Assembly: GCA_965153355.1 (NCBI GenBank)
Contig: OZ231126.1
Location: forward strand, 7,440,001 to 7,504,000
Reading direction: 5' to 3'
Origin: Flaccisagitta enflata
Taxonomy: Eukaryota
DNA: 64,000 nucleotides
This document shows positions 1-11,515 of this stretch, in pieces (positions within the stretch are counted from its first letter, which is position 1; every line of letters begins with the position of its first letter). A program made the translations under genes and the position numbers. The notes under the pieces are model-generated. The model searched no databases and had not been told where the DNA came from. It was given only the letters and a program-made list of their open reading frames with translations.

Positions 1-3000
1 CAGAATGCTGCAAGCCATATAGCGACTGGGCATCATTCGTCCACTGTCTAAAAGTATGGCGGTTAGGAGCAGCCCCAAGTTGGTTGATGAACAGCGCATC
101 TTTATTAACCCTGCAACCACTGGCTCTCAATCGCTGCTTAACAACTGACAATCCAGCCAGTACTTTACGAAGAAAATCCAGCATGTACCTTGGCCATATA
201 GCAAGATAAGCCCGTTTACCCGAGGCAATGCGTTTGTGAAAAACACTCGGGTGGTTTGAATTCTTGTTCGCCAAGTTGCCAGCTATTGTAAGAATTTCTT
301 GATCGGGATCATTGGCCTTATCAAATTCCTTGATGGCACTCTCTACCCCAGAGACAGTGACAGTGGTAGCATCAGAGGTTCTATTACAATTCCAAGTGCT
401 ATAAATAGCGTACGTGGAGTACATGACTACATGAAGGAGTAGTTTTAGATCATCCAATGGCATATTCTCCTTATCTGCTTCATGGAAAATATCAGCAACA
501 TAGTCAAATTTGCCATCAAGGATGGCTTTTGACAAATCAGAAGCCGTGTAATTTTCAATTTCTTCTGACTGCTCCTGACGATTATTTTGCCGACGATCCT
601 GTTGAATGAGCGAAATAGGATGGAATAGTGCCCTGATTTTCTTGTCATTCTCCTCAAAGCGTTGACTCTTTTCGAGTATGGATCCTTCAACCAAAAATGA
701 GTGAAATTTTCCACAATATTCTAGGGTTTTGTCAATGCAATCATACTTCCGTCCATTCTCAACGTGAAGCATGAGATATTGAGAAAGAAGTTGTACATCT
801 TCTAAACACCTGAAAGCAGCAGACTTATCATCTTCGTTGGTGATATCTAAACCTTTTTCTCGACAGACGAATGACAGGAACCGCGCGACAGCATTCACTA
901 TGTTAACATTTTTATCTCCAACACCTTCAATTTTTTTTTGATCAGCTTTACGACAGCCTTCGTACACTCGACAGTGCCTTACAAGATATTTTGCAAACGT
1001 GTATGGACCATCCTTATGTATAGGAGAAATGTAAGTAGTACTTATCACTGTATCATGAACCAAAGAATCAATGGGGGCAAATTTATTGCAATGAGTTTTC
1101 ACTGGCTCATACTGACCATCAATATGTGGAGAAAATGGGTCATCGATTCCATCTGGACGAAGGACACATTCAACTTCACAGTCCACTGAAGCATTGTCAC
1201 TAACTTCAGTTGCTTTGGCAATCTCAAGAAGTTCAGCCATTTCTTCTAGGCGATGTTGTTTTCTGAAGTGGATGTCCGGCTCATGCATGCCGGGCTCATT
1301 TTCAAAGTCGGAAACATCACTGAGGTCACTTACAAGATTTATAACCTGTATCGCATCCTTATTGACTTTGGTTCTTTTGCAGTTACGACTCAGTTTTGAT
1401 GACCGGGTTTGCTTTATGGGACTTGACTCGATGACAACTTTAAAGATGTTGGCCATATCCCCTTTTTTGATGGATGCCTCTTGCGAGGAGTGTTCTTCAG
1501 GTCTTGCATCGGAACCAAACAATGAAAGAGAACTCCCACGTTGCAATGGCTCAGCAGAAGATGAATCAACGGAGGATTGAGTGACAACAGGGTTTCTAAG
1601 GACAGGACTCTTGTCAATGTCTGAAAGATCACTTTCAACAGGGCATCCAGGCTGCAATGAACTTATTGTTGTGTTGACCACTAACTCTGATGTTGCTGGA
1701 CCTGGGATGTCATTTGATTTTTCTGCTCTATTTTCATCCACATTTTCTCCAACTCGTATCGTGGTGATTTCAACAGTATTAGCTCTCAAGGCACCACCAC
1801 TTTCGGTGCAAGGTGGCTGATTGGGCCCACCGCTATCTGATGCTCCACCTTCCTTTGAAGTATGCGATGCAACAACATCTTCATTAAAAGCTTGAGTGAA
1901 GCCGCCTTCATTTACCTGAGATGAAACATGCGCTGATGTCTTAGAGTCCTTTGTCTTGGATTTGGAGGAAGCTTTTCTTTTAGGTCTTGTCGCCTGTTGT
2001 TTATTTTCACTTGCTTGAGACTCGTTAGCTGACACCAATGTTGTACTGCTTAGTGGCTTCACAGGTGAAAGGGGTTTTTCAATGTGCAGTAGTGCGGGAC
2101 CAGTAGCCGATGATAACTGTATAGAGCTGATTGATATGGGAGCAACATCAGTAACTGGTAAAGTTGTGTTTGGGCTGATTGGAAAGTCATTACAGGATTG
2201 CGAACTAAGAGCAAGAGTTTGAGCGAAATCCTCCGCTTGAGTAAGGATTCCATCACCAAAAGTGACTGGAGAAAAGACCTGTGTTTCAAGTGTTTGGTCC
2301 TGTTGATCAGCTGGTTTGGGCCTTGCCTCAGCTTCCGTGCACACCATCTCCACAAAGGATGGATTTGGGAAGGGTGTAAAAGGGTCTGCGTCACTTCGAG
2401 TGGATGAATCTGGAAGATTAGCCAATGGAATCACACCAGGCACAGAGGGATCGCTACCCACAATGATGGAGCCATCTTCAATATTTGCACTCAATGGCTC
2501 TACAACATCTGATGAATGAACATTGACAATTCTATCGGAAAGTGGACGAAACTGAAACTTGGAAGCTGTGGTGGTTGCAACCGATTTAATGTTTGAAGAT
2601 AATGGCACTGCCACGGTTTCCAAACCTTTTCTTCTTCGAGAGGATCTCTTGCTGGCTGGTGCTGTTGTAGTTGACATTGTCGTTCTAGGCATTACCCTTG
2701 AGGCCGTTGACGTCTTTGTAAATGCTGTTGTGGTTGCCGCTGTTGCAGTTGTTGTGGTTGCGCCCATAGTTACTGCTGCTGTTGTGGTTTCTGTGATTAT
2801 GGTTGGCTTTGATGAGCTCCCTGCCGTTGTGCTTGCTGTTGCACTTGGCGCCATTGTGGTCGGTGCTGTTGTGCTTGCCGTTGCACTTGGCGCCATTGTG
2901 GTCGGTGCTGTTGTGCTTGCCGTTGCACTTGGCGCCATTGTGGTTGGTGCCATTATGGTTGGCGTAATTGTTGTAATGGCATTTAAGGATGTCACAGCTG

Positions 3001-4970
3001 CGTCAATTGCAGTCCCACTTCTCGCAGTGAAACTTCTTCCAACACTGGTTGTGTCCGTAATTGTTGTAGTTGTACTGGATGTAGTTGCGGTCACAACATT
3101 CGAAATGGCTTTGGTGGTATTGACTGACTCACTTGAGGGCACATCAGGAACTTCCCAATGACTTACTGCATCTGCTAGAAATGTAGCTTTTGGTGTATGA
3201 TCATCCATCACCCGGACATTGGTCACAGGTATAGCAGGACAAACAACAAGTTCTTTTTCTCCCAGATAATTGAATTTCAAAAATCGGTTACCTATGTCAT
3301 TGCATTTGAAGATTTGATCCCAAACTAGTTCCGGGCTTGAAGAACTGATATTCATGTTTTTCACAGTAGTCAATGGATTGGCTGAGTCATAATGTGAACG
3401 ATATTCTTGGTCCTTCAATTTTGCTCCCGACTGATGAAGGAACACGTCTTGCAAATCTTCACGATTGAGTGATAAGTGAAAAATCTCTTGCAGTGAAGGT
3501 ACCCCTTGCAAAGGAGATATGATGATGATGAATCGAATCATGAGAATGATGCTCAAGGCCACAAAATCAGCATAAGAGATTTCAAGCTTGTTGTAATTGG
3601 CACTGTAGTTTTGCTTGACGGATGATCCCGGAACACCTTTCAAAAAAGGGTAATCTGTCAATAGCTGGGTTTCAACATCTTTATTCCAATGATGAAGAAT
3701 CCAGTTTTTAACAACTGATCGAAGAGTGTAAAGCATTATCCAATATTCCTGCAAGTCAGGATCGATAACGGGCCAGAGACTTCTCAAGATTGCATGATAG
3801 CCACATTTTCCATCCATTTCACAGGGCAAAATGGCCATGGGATTTGGAAATCCCTCTATCTTCAAGATCTTGATGGGACGACTCATCTCAACCACACAAT
3901 TGGCCTCATAAACGCAAGTCCTGTAAAAGAACAGGTCACTGAGTTGCTCCTTAGAACTTGCCAAGACCTCAGGGCTTATTCCATATGCAGCTAGTTGGGC
4001 TAAAAATGATTCGGGGAAATTTTTGGCCGTCAAAGCAGTGGCATTCGAAGGAACAGCAGTCATAGGGGTCGAGCTTCTTCGCGATCGAAAAGGGGTAAGA
4101 AATGGATCGAGTAAAGGAGCACTGCTCGGCATCTCCCACTTGAACACCATACTTTGAAGGTATTCTGTCAAGTCTGGAGAACTGGAGTGTGGAGCAAGCG
4201 AAAGCCGAGTAATAACCTTCTTCCCGTCTGAGACAGCAATAGTTTTGACAGCTGAATCTGAGAAGCATAAGGTGATGCCACTTTCCAATACTGAAATACT
4301 CTTCAATGCAGGGTTAGCTTGCTTTAACAAATCATGAATTTGAGCAGCATGTGGTCCTGACAGCAAGTCTTCTAGAAAACACTTATCTCGAACTGTTTTA
4401 AGAGTGCAGATATAACCATCAGCACAGGTAACATTATGAGACTTGTCCTGCCCAGTGTTGCTTTTTGGCTGTTCTGGGCCAAGGCGAGGTCGCTTTTGTT
4501 GGGGACGTCTTTTATCTTGTGTAGGACCATATGGAGGTGAACATGGGGATATGGATGAATGTAAACTAGCTCCATCTGCAGGTAAAGTACTGGTGGCTTC
4601 TGGCTGAGCCTCGGAGATTGATCCATCAGAGGGTAGGGGAGTTGTAATAAGAGAAGCAGCTGATTCTGAGGGTGCTGCTCTATCAGATGGTGAAGATAGT
4701 TGTGGGGTAGCAGCTCTAGATTCAGGTTGATCCAGATTATTGGAGGCATCATCAACATTTGCCACCCCATCAAATTGATAGGAACCATGAGGTTGGAGGA
4801 GATTGGATGTTGATGGTGTTAAACGAAAAGGGTAAATAAGGTCCCCATGCAAGAAAACAAGACGCCGGTCCCCTCTTGATTCTTCCAATGAAACATGATT
4901 TTTGGCATAGTTGGGACCAAACATGTCTTTGTGAAGATAGTGGATCGCAAGACCGTTGGCTTCCACAAAC
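1..4970 (-). CDS. Giant exon (1656 codons, 3'-truncated by the window edge) encoding an OTU protease, an S/T-rich linker and a putative tyrosine recombinase
   Basis: I translated the frame whose codons start at 4969 by hand down to position 2 and found no stop. A tttgctctag acceptor precedes 4970. Motifs: DGKCGYHAI (Cys 3803-3805), LRSVVKNWI, HYDS (His 3392-3394), then NAVARFLSFV, QYLMLHVENGRKYDCIDKTLEYCGKFHSFL, WNCNRTSD (Arg 380-382), VFHKRIASGKRAYLAI and DALFINQLG. It is absent from the ORF track because the window contains no stop for it. Confidence 0.9.
2823..2950 (-). repeat. 42-bp coding tandem repeat, about 3 copies (MAPSATASTTAPTT)
   Basis: gttgtgcttgccgttgcacttggcgccattgtggtcggtgct repeats in frame within the giant ORF. 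Confidence 0.9.
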
Positions 4971-5027
4971 CTAGAGCAAAATAAAGGTAAATACTGGTTC
5001 AAGCTTAATGGTTTCCTTAAACTGATT

Positions 5028-7140
5028 CATTTGGACAATTTTGGACAACTTGACAACATTTGTACAATTTTAGATAACTTGACAGAATTTGGATAAAATT
5101 GGATAACTCGAAAAAATTTGGACAAAATTAGATAACTTGACAACATTTGGACAATTTTGGATAACTTGACAACATTTGGACTATTTTGGATAACTTGACA
5201 ACATTTGGACAATTTTTGATAACTTGACAACATTTGGACAATTTTGGATAACTTGACAATATTTGGACAATTTTGGATAACTTGACAACATTTGGACAAA
5301 TTTGGATAACTTGACAACATTTGGACAAATTTGGATAACTTGACAACATTTGGACAATTTTGGATAACTTGACAACATTTGGACAATTTTGGATAACTTG
5401 ACAACATTTGGACAATTTTGGATAACTTGACAACATTTGGACAATTTTGGATAACTTGACAACATTTGGACAATTTTGGATAACTTGACAACATTTGGAC
5501 AATATAGGATAACTTGACAACGTTTGAACAATTTTGGATAACTTGACAACATTTGGACAATATAGGATAACTTGACAACGTTTGAACAATTTTGGATAAC
5601 TTGACAACGTTTGAACAATTTTGGATAACTTGACAACGTTTGAACAATTTTGGATAACTTGACAACATTTGAACAATTTTGGATAACTTGACAACATTTG
5701 GACAATTTTGGATAACTTGACAGAACTTGGACAAAATTGGATAACTTGACGAAACTTGGACAAAACTGTATAACTATACAAAATTTGGACAAAATTAGAT
5801 GATTTTACCAAATTTGGATAAAATTAGATAACTTGACAACATTTGGACAATTTTGGATGACTTGACAACATTTGGACAATTTTGGATGACTTGACAACAT
5901 TTGGACAATTTTGGATGACTTGACAACATTTGGACAATTTTGGATGACTTGACAACATTTGGACAATTTTGGATGATTCAACAACATTTGGACAATTTTG
6001 GATGACTCGACAACATTTTGACAATTTTGGATGACTCGACAACATTTGGACAATTTTGGATGACTCGACAACATTTGGACAATTTTGGATGACTCGACAA
6101 CATTTGGACAATTTTGGATGACTCGACAACATTTGGACAATTTTGGATGACTCGACAACATTTGGACAATTTTGGATGACTCGACAACATTTGGACAATT
6201 TTGGATGACTCGACAACATTTGGACAATTTTGGATGACTCGACAACATTTGGACAATTTTGGATGACTTGACAACATTTGGACAATTTTGGATGACTTGA
6301 CAACATTTGGACAATTTTGGATGACTTGACAACCTTTGGACAATTTTGGATGACTTGACAACATTTGGACAATTTTGGATGACTTGACAACATTTGGACA
6401 ATTTTGGATGACTTGACAACATTTGGACAATTTTGGATGACTTGACAACATTTGGACAATTTTGGATGACTTGACAACATTTGGACAATTTTGGATGACT
6501 TGACAACATTTGGACAATTTTGGATGACTTGACAACATTTGGACAATTTTGGATGACTTGACAACATTTGGACAATTTTGGATGACTTGACAACATTTGG
6601 ACAATTTTGGATGACTTGACAACATTTGGACAATTTTGGATGACTTGACAACATTTGGACAATTTTGGATGACTTGACAACATTTGGACAATTTTGGATG
6701 ACTTGACAACATTTGGACAATTTTGGATGACTTGACAACATTTGGACAATTTTGGATGACTTGACAACATTTGGACAATTTTGGATGACTTGACAACATT
6801 TGGACAATTTTGGATAACTTGATAATATTAGTACAATATTTGATAAGTAGACAACATTTGGACAAAATTGGATAACCTGACAGTATTTGGACAAAATTGG
6901 ATAATTTTACAGAATTTGGACAAAATTGGATAAATTTAAAGAATTTGGACAAAATTGGATAACTTTAAAGAATTTGGACAAAATTGGATAACTTCACAGA
7001 ATTTGGACAAAATTGGATAACTTTACAGAATTTGGACAAAATTGGATAACTTGACAGAATTTGGATAAAATTGGATAACTTGACAGAATTTGGATAAAAT
7101 TGGATAACTTAGACAGAATTTGGACAATATTGGATAACTT
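5028..7140. repeat. 29-bp minisatellite array 1 (about 70 units), intronic
   Basis: Unit GGACAATTTTGGAT(A/G)ACTTGACAACATTT. A GGATAAC block (about 5130-5720) and a GGATGAC block (about 5840-6800) are homogeneous; the edges are degenerate. Confidence 0.97.
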
Positions 7141-7285
7141 TCAGAAAATCATACCATCAGAGCCAAATTTGGATGACATTAGTAAATCTTTTTTATTTCG
7201 ATGATTTTGGACAAATTTTATGTTTCAAAGCAATGGTTGAACCAAATCCAATAACTGTTTATTCAACATGCATGAACATTTTCAA

Positions 7286-8937
7286 TCACCATCTTTGCTC
7301 AAGGACGGCCTGGTAGATGAGTTGGTCGGTAATTTGAATAATGAAGGGCAGAACGGCAGCAACTTCGTCTTTGGTGAATTTGTGAACTTTGGAAAGATGT
7401 TCTTTGATGGAGTCAAAAAGGTCCAACGGATTCAAGGCAACCATTTGTGGATCTTTCATCCAAGGCTCGGTGCTGAAATAAATGAATGTTTCATTCTTTT
7501 TAAAAATTTCTAATCATCTTTGAGGAAAGCTTGCCCATGAATCATACTGTGATGTTTACACTTTTTTTATCCAGCTTAAGAAATAACTAAAAATGTTCTG
7601 GTTTTAAAAATTGAGGACATTGAGGTGGATAACTTATTGGGTGCAATCAGACTTACAAATCGCATTTGCTGTTTCCTTGGCAGAAAGGACAGTATCGTAG
7701 ACGGTTAGTTCTTCGTGAGACTATGAAATCCCTCAACGGCGCATGGAGAAATCGATAAGTTATGGAAGCAGTCTTGTAAACAATCTGGGACTTGCCGTGC
7801 AAATATGACTCGGTCCTTTAAAAAGATAAGCAATTGAAGAAATTTTATATAAACTAAAAATGAAGAAAGGCATGCGAAAGTTATTCATCACTGAATTTTA
7901 TCAGAGCTGAAAAGAGAAAAAAATCTTCACCTTAGAATGCCAAATTGTGGCACTTTGACGACTTCTTCCTCCTTTGATCCACAAATTGTAAAGCAGTTTG
8001 GCGCGGACTCGTTGCTCTCCACAATTTCGGATAACGCATCACCTTAAAGAAATGTAAACATCTTACTTTTGGACATGAGAATCATGTCAATTTTGACTTG
8101 TTACACAGTAAATATTAGTTATCAATAGACATGGGTAAAAGGCACTTCAGGATTACTGAATCTTCATGGATCAAACCAGAACAATACTGAGGTCAATAGT
8201 TGTTTCACTAGTTGGTGAATAAAAGAATCAGCTAGGCTGCCTGAAGGGCACCAAACGATAAAAAAGGCAGTCTTTACACAACAAACTAATGGATAAGAAA
8301 ATAGAAGTGCCTTTTGAACATGTATAGGACACACAAATGTAAAGGACACATCATTAAAAGCATTCAACAAGCACCATTTCAAACAATTGTCAATTCAAAC
8401 TATAATTAAATTGCTTCTTATTTTTCAGGTTAGGAAATAATAGTGAAGCAACACCAAAGATAATTAGTCTTACCTTGAACTTTGTCTGCTTGATTCATTA
8501 GTCTGACGGTTTCAGATCCTACAAGGCTGGGACCGACATCTACTTCTATGGCCAACTTCACCGTATCATGCTCTTCCATTGGTTCAGAATCTTTCTTTCG
8601 GCGTTTTGAAGCACTTGCCTCATAAACCTCCTCAACGTTGGCATACTGCAGCCCTAAGAGATAATTGGCAAAAATCCACAAATTACATTCATAAAACAGC
8701 ATTGTATGTCACACAACATTTGTGACCACAAAACATTCAGGACACTGAAATAACACAAAATTGACTCACAAACAGGAAACTGAAATAACACCAAATTGAC
8801 TCACGAAGACGTGACGCAAATGACGAGGCATCATAATCCCCCGTGCCGCAAATATCGGATGGATCAATGCGAACCACCCCATCAGGATCTGTAGCACGCT
8901 CCTTGAAAATTTTCTTGAAAAATGGTGGAAGAACCAT
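7286..8937 (-). CDS. Five coding exons (8937-8805, 8653-8474, 8042-7931, 7815-7657, 7472-7290/7286); N-terminal 256 aa with a C2H2/BED-like zinc finger
   Basis: All introns are GT-AG with matching phases (1,1,2,2). Translation: MVLPPFFKKIF...ASKRRKKD...RYCPFCQGNSKCDF...SIKEHLSKVHKF...LEQRW. It ends at TGA 7288-7286, or splices at TG|gtgatt (7290/7289) in phase to the acceptor at 4970. Confidence 0.8.
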
Positions 8938-9509
8938 AGTAAAGTCTAGTTTAGATAATCAGAAACAAGAGGCCCATTCTGAAAAAGAAAACAATAACGG
9001 AATGAACAAAGAATTGCCAAAAACCAAATCACGATTGCTTATTCATCGGAGAACAGCAAATGCTTCAATCAAATCTTGATTCCAGCCTCAACCAAAATCC
9101 AACCTTGACAGCGCCGCCTCAAACCACAGGCCAGCCCTTATCTTCAGCCAAGCCCTTAAGCCTAAACCCAAATTGGCATGCTCATTCCTTACTGTACTCC
9201 AGAAATGCATGCTATTGTGAAATGGACATAAACAAAAAATAATGGCTAGCCCGACAGTGACCCCACGGCTAAAACCCCCTAAAAAATGATATCCAGATGA
9301 GTGCTGGTAAAAAAACATCTTTCAAGAAAAATTTATACATGCTGTAAATGTAGATATTAGACCCTAGGCTCAAGGCAAGGCTGGGATGAGGTAATGAAGC
9401 TAATAAGCACATACAATTTAGACAAAATAGAACACTTTCACAGGATAACAGAAAACAGCTCTGTTGTCTGTAAATGACAAAATCTCAGCAAGTCTCTTTG
9501 CACAATTTT

Positions 9510-11442
9510 TCAGAACGAGCGACGCCTCTTTTTGAACGGAGGAACTTTCTCAACTCCCATGAGAATTGCGGATTCTTCTACCGAGCGACGCTTGCGTTCA
9601 GCACGGTCCACGCGTTCAGCACGGTCCACGCTACCCAAGTGCTGTAGTTAAAAGCAAGAATATTAGACTTGAGTACCAGGTAGTAAGCATTTATAAATGG
9701 TAGCTATTTATCTGGCCTTGTTAAAACTTCATTTTACAACAGCCCATCAAATTGGAATGTTAAAAGTTTTTAACTAGTATGACGTCAGTTTGTCAGGAAT
9801 TTGCATGTCACAGTCATTCACCCACAAGTACAGCCATGGCCCTGGATACAAGGCAATGCTTCATCACATTTGATGGAGAAGGAGTAACGCCCCATTGCAT
9901 GGGATACTAAGGCATCAAAGGCAGAATTGACTTACCTTTCCAACAGAAGCTTCAGTGGTTGGTCTGGTAAAGCCAATGTCAGGGCTGACATTCCCTGACA
10001 GATTGGCAAATGAAAGGGCCATCTCGCCGGGTTCTGAAATATTGTCGATTTCGTAATCAGAATCTGAAATCCCCTAATTAGAATAAATAAAGCAAAGACA
10101 TGGATGACACAGTGGGATCAGAATAGAAATGGAAGCATGCACAAAAGATAATGCCTGTCACCTATTTTCTTAATTTGCCCAATGGCACCAACTTCAAATT
10201 GCAGTAGTACCAATACCTACAAAGCCAACTGCAAAATTATTCAAAAGTAATTTTGATGTTGCATTTTCTGTATTTTTTCTTAAAAGCGCCCTGGGCCCTT
10301 TTGAAATTTAGATAATACCAGGCTTTTTAACCCTCCAATTAGCGCCCCTTTTATATTGTAGATGAACTGTCATTCAGTCTATCTTTTTCATGAAAGGCTA
10401 CCAAAATGCTAAATTATACTGACTGATTGTGTTGTTCTATATCATTTTATTCAATATTTCTGTTCAAATCTCTTCTGAAAGGAAAAACACTAACAAAAAA
10501 AGAAAAGGGGCGCTTTTTGGAGGGGGGGGCGCTTTTTATAAAAAATACAGTTAATATATTAGACAGATATTACCATGGAATGGTGGTCCATTTTAGGAGT
10601 TCTGAGGCCATTGACAGTTGGACCAGTTCCAATATGCGCATCATGGGGCACGGTAGAGGGTGGTAGGAGCTGGAGGTCAGCAGCCGCTTCAGGGCTGCTA
10701 CTTCTGCCATCAAGATTGCCTGCATCATAAACCAGGTCAAGAGGAGTAACATCTTCGAGGATGTGGGAAGCCGTGGCTGACGGCGAAAGTGGAGAAATGT
10801 TGAAGTTGCTTCCAGGATCCAACTAAGTGAACAAGGTGTGATGGACATATAAATATAGTATGAAAGTGAAGAGTAATTACTAGGAAACACTAAAGCCTGT
10901 AGAAGAAGCACTAAACAAAACACATAAACAAACATGACAAATAAGATTTGACCATTAGGCACACCATAGAACAAAGGAAATAAAATGGAATGTGAGGAAA
11001 ATAAAGCAATTTTTCTTAGCCTATCAGCAAGCATACTTTCAAAATCAGAGAAATTTCAACATAAACAACTGAAAACATTTACCGTAGTCTGGATTATTTC
11101 CACTTCTGGCGAGTTTAATCGAGATGCTTCACGTTCCAGGGCAGTTTGGAAATGACATGCATCAATTGCAAGAAGTGAGACCGATTTAGGCGAGGTTGTT
11201 GCATCTGTCCAATGTTCGAAAAGTCGATTTATCTTGCCATTGAAGTTCCCATTGGAAAGAACCTCAGCCAAGTAACTTTTTACAGCTACACCTTTTTCTA
11301 TTGCAACTGTAATCAATCGACAAGCAAGCACGAATCTCATGTCTGCTGTTCCCTCTGGTAGGGCAGAGTATTTGATGAAAAGTTGTTGAAGCAGTTCAGG
11401 GTCATCTGACCCCGCATAGCTAATCAAATCAATTTCCGACAT
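9510..11442 (-). CDS. Four-exon orphan gene, 292 aa (11442-11083, 10822-10574, 10073-9936, 9641-9510)
   Basis: ATG at 11442 lies just after a cag acceptor (exon starts 11461). Three phase-0 GT-AG introns keep the frame open to TGA at 9512-9510. The C-terminus RKRR...PFKKRRRSF resembles a nuclear localisation signal. I recognise no family. Confidence 0.75.
10268..10550. mobile_element. MITE in an intron of the orphan gene
   Basis: Inverted ends CTGTATTTTTTCTTAAAAGCGCCC and GGGCGCTTTTTATAAAAAATACAG. Confidence 0.65.
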
Positions 11443-11515
11443 AATTAGCTAAGTCACTGACCTGGAAAAAAAAGAGCAGCAAATGGCGATGAAAGTCAAC
11501 TTGTTAGATACCAAA

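Noticed and set aside
938-4788. Short ORFs in the track, including the Val/Ala-rich 200-aa ORF at 2559-3161 that resembles a membrane protein
   Set aside because: They are antisense or off-frame shadows of the single long minus-strand ORF.
9030-9212. Exon-like segment between the two cassette genes
   Set aside because: All three minus-strand frames stop within it; at most it is an untranslated exon.
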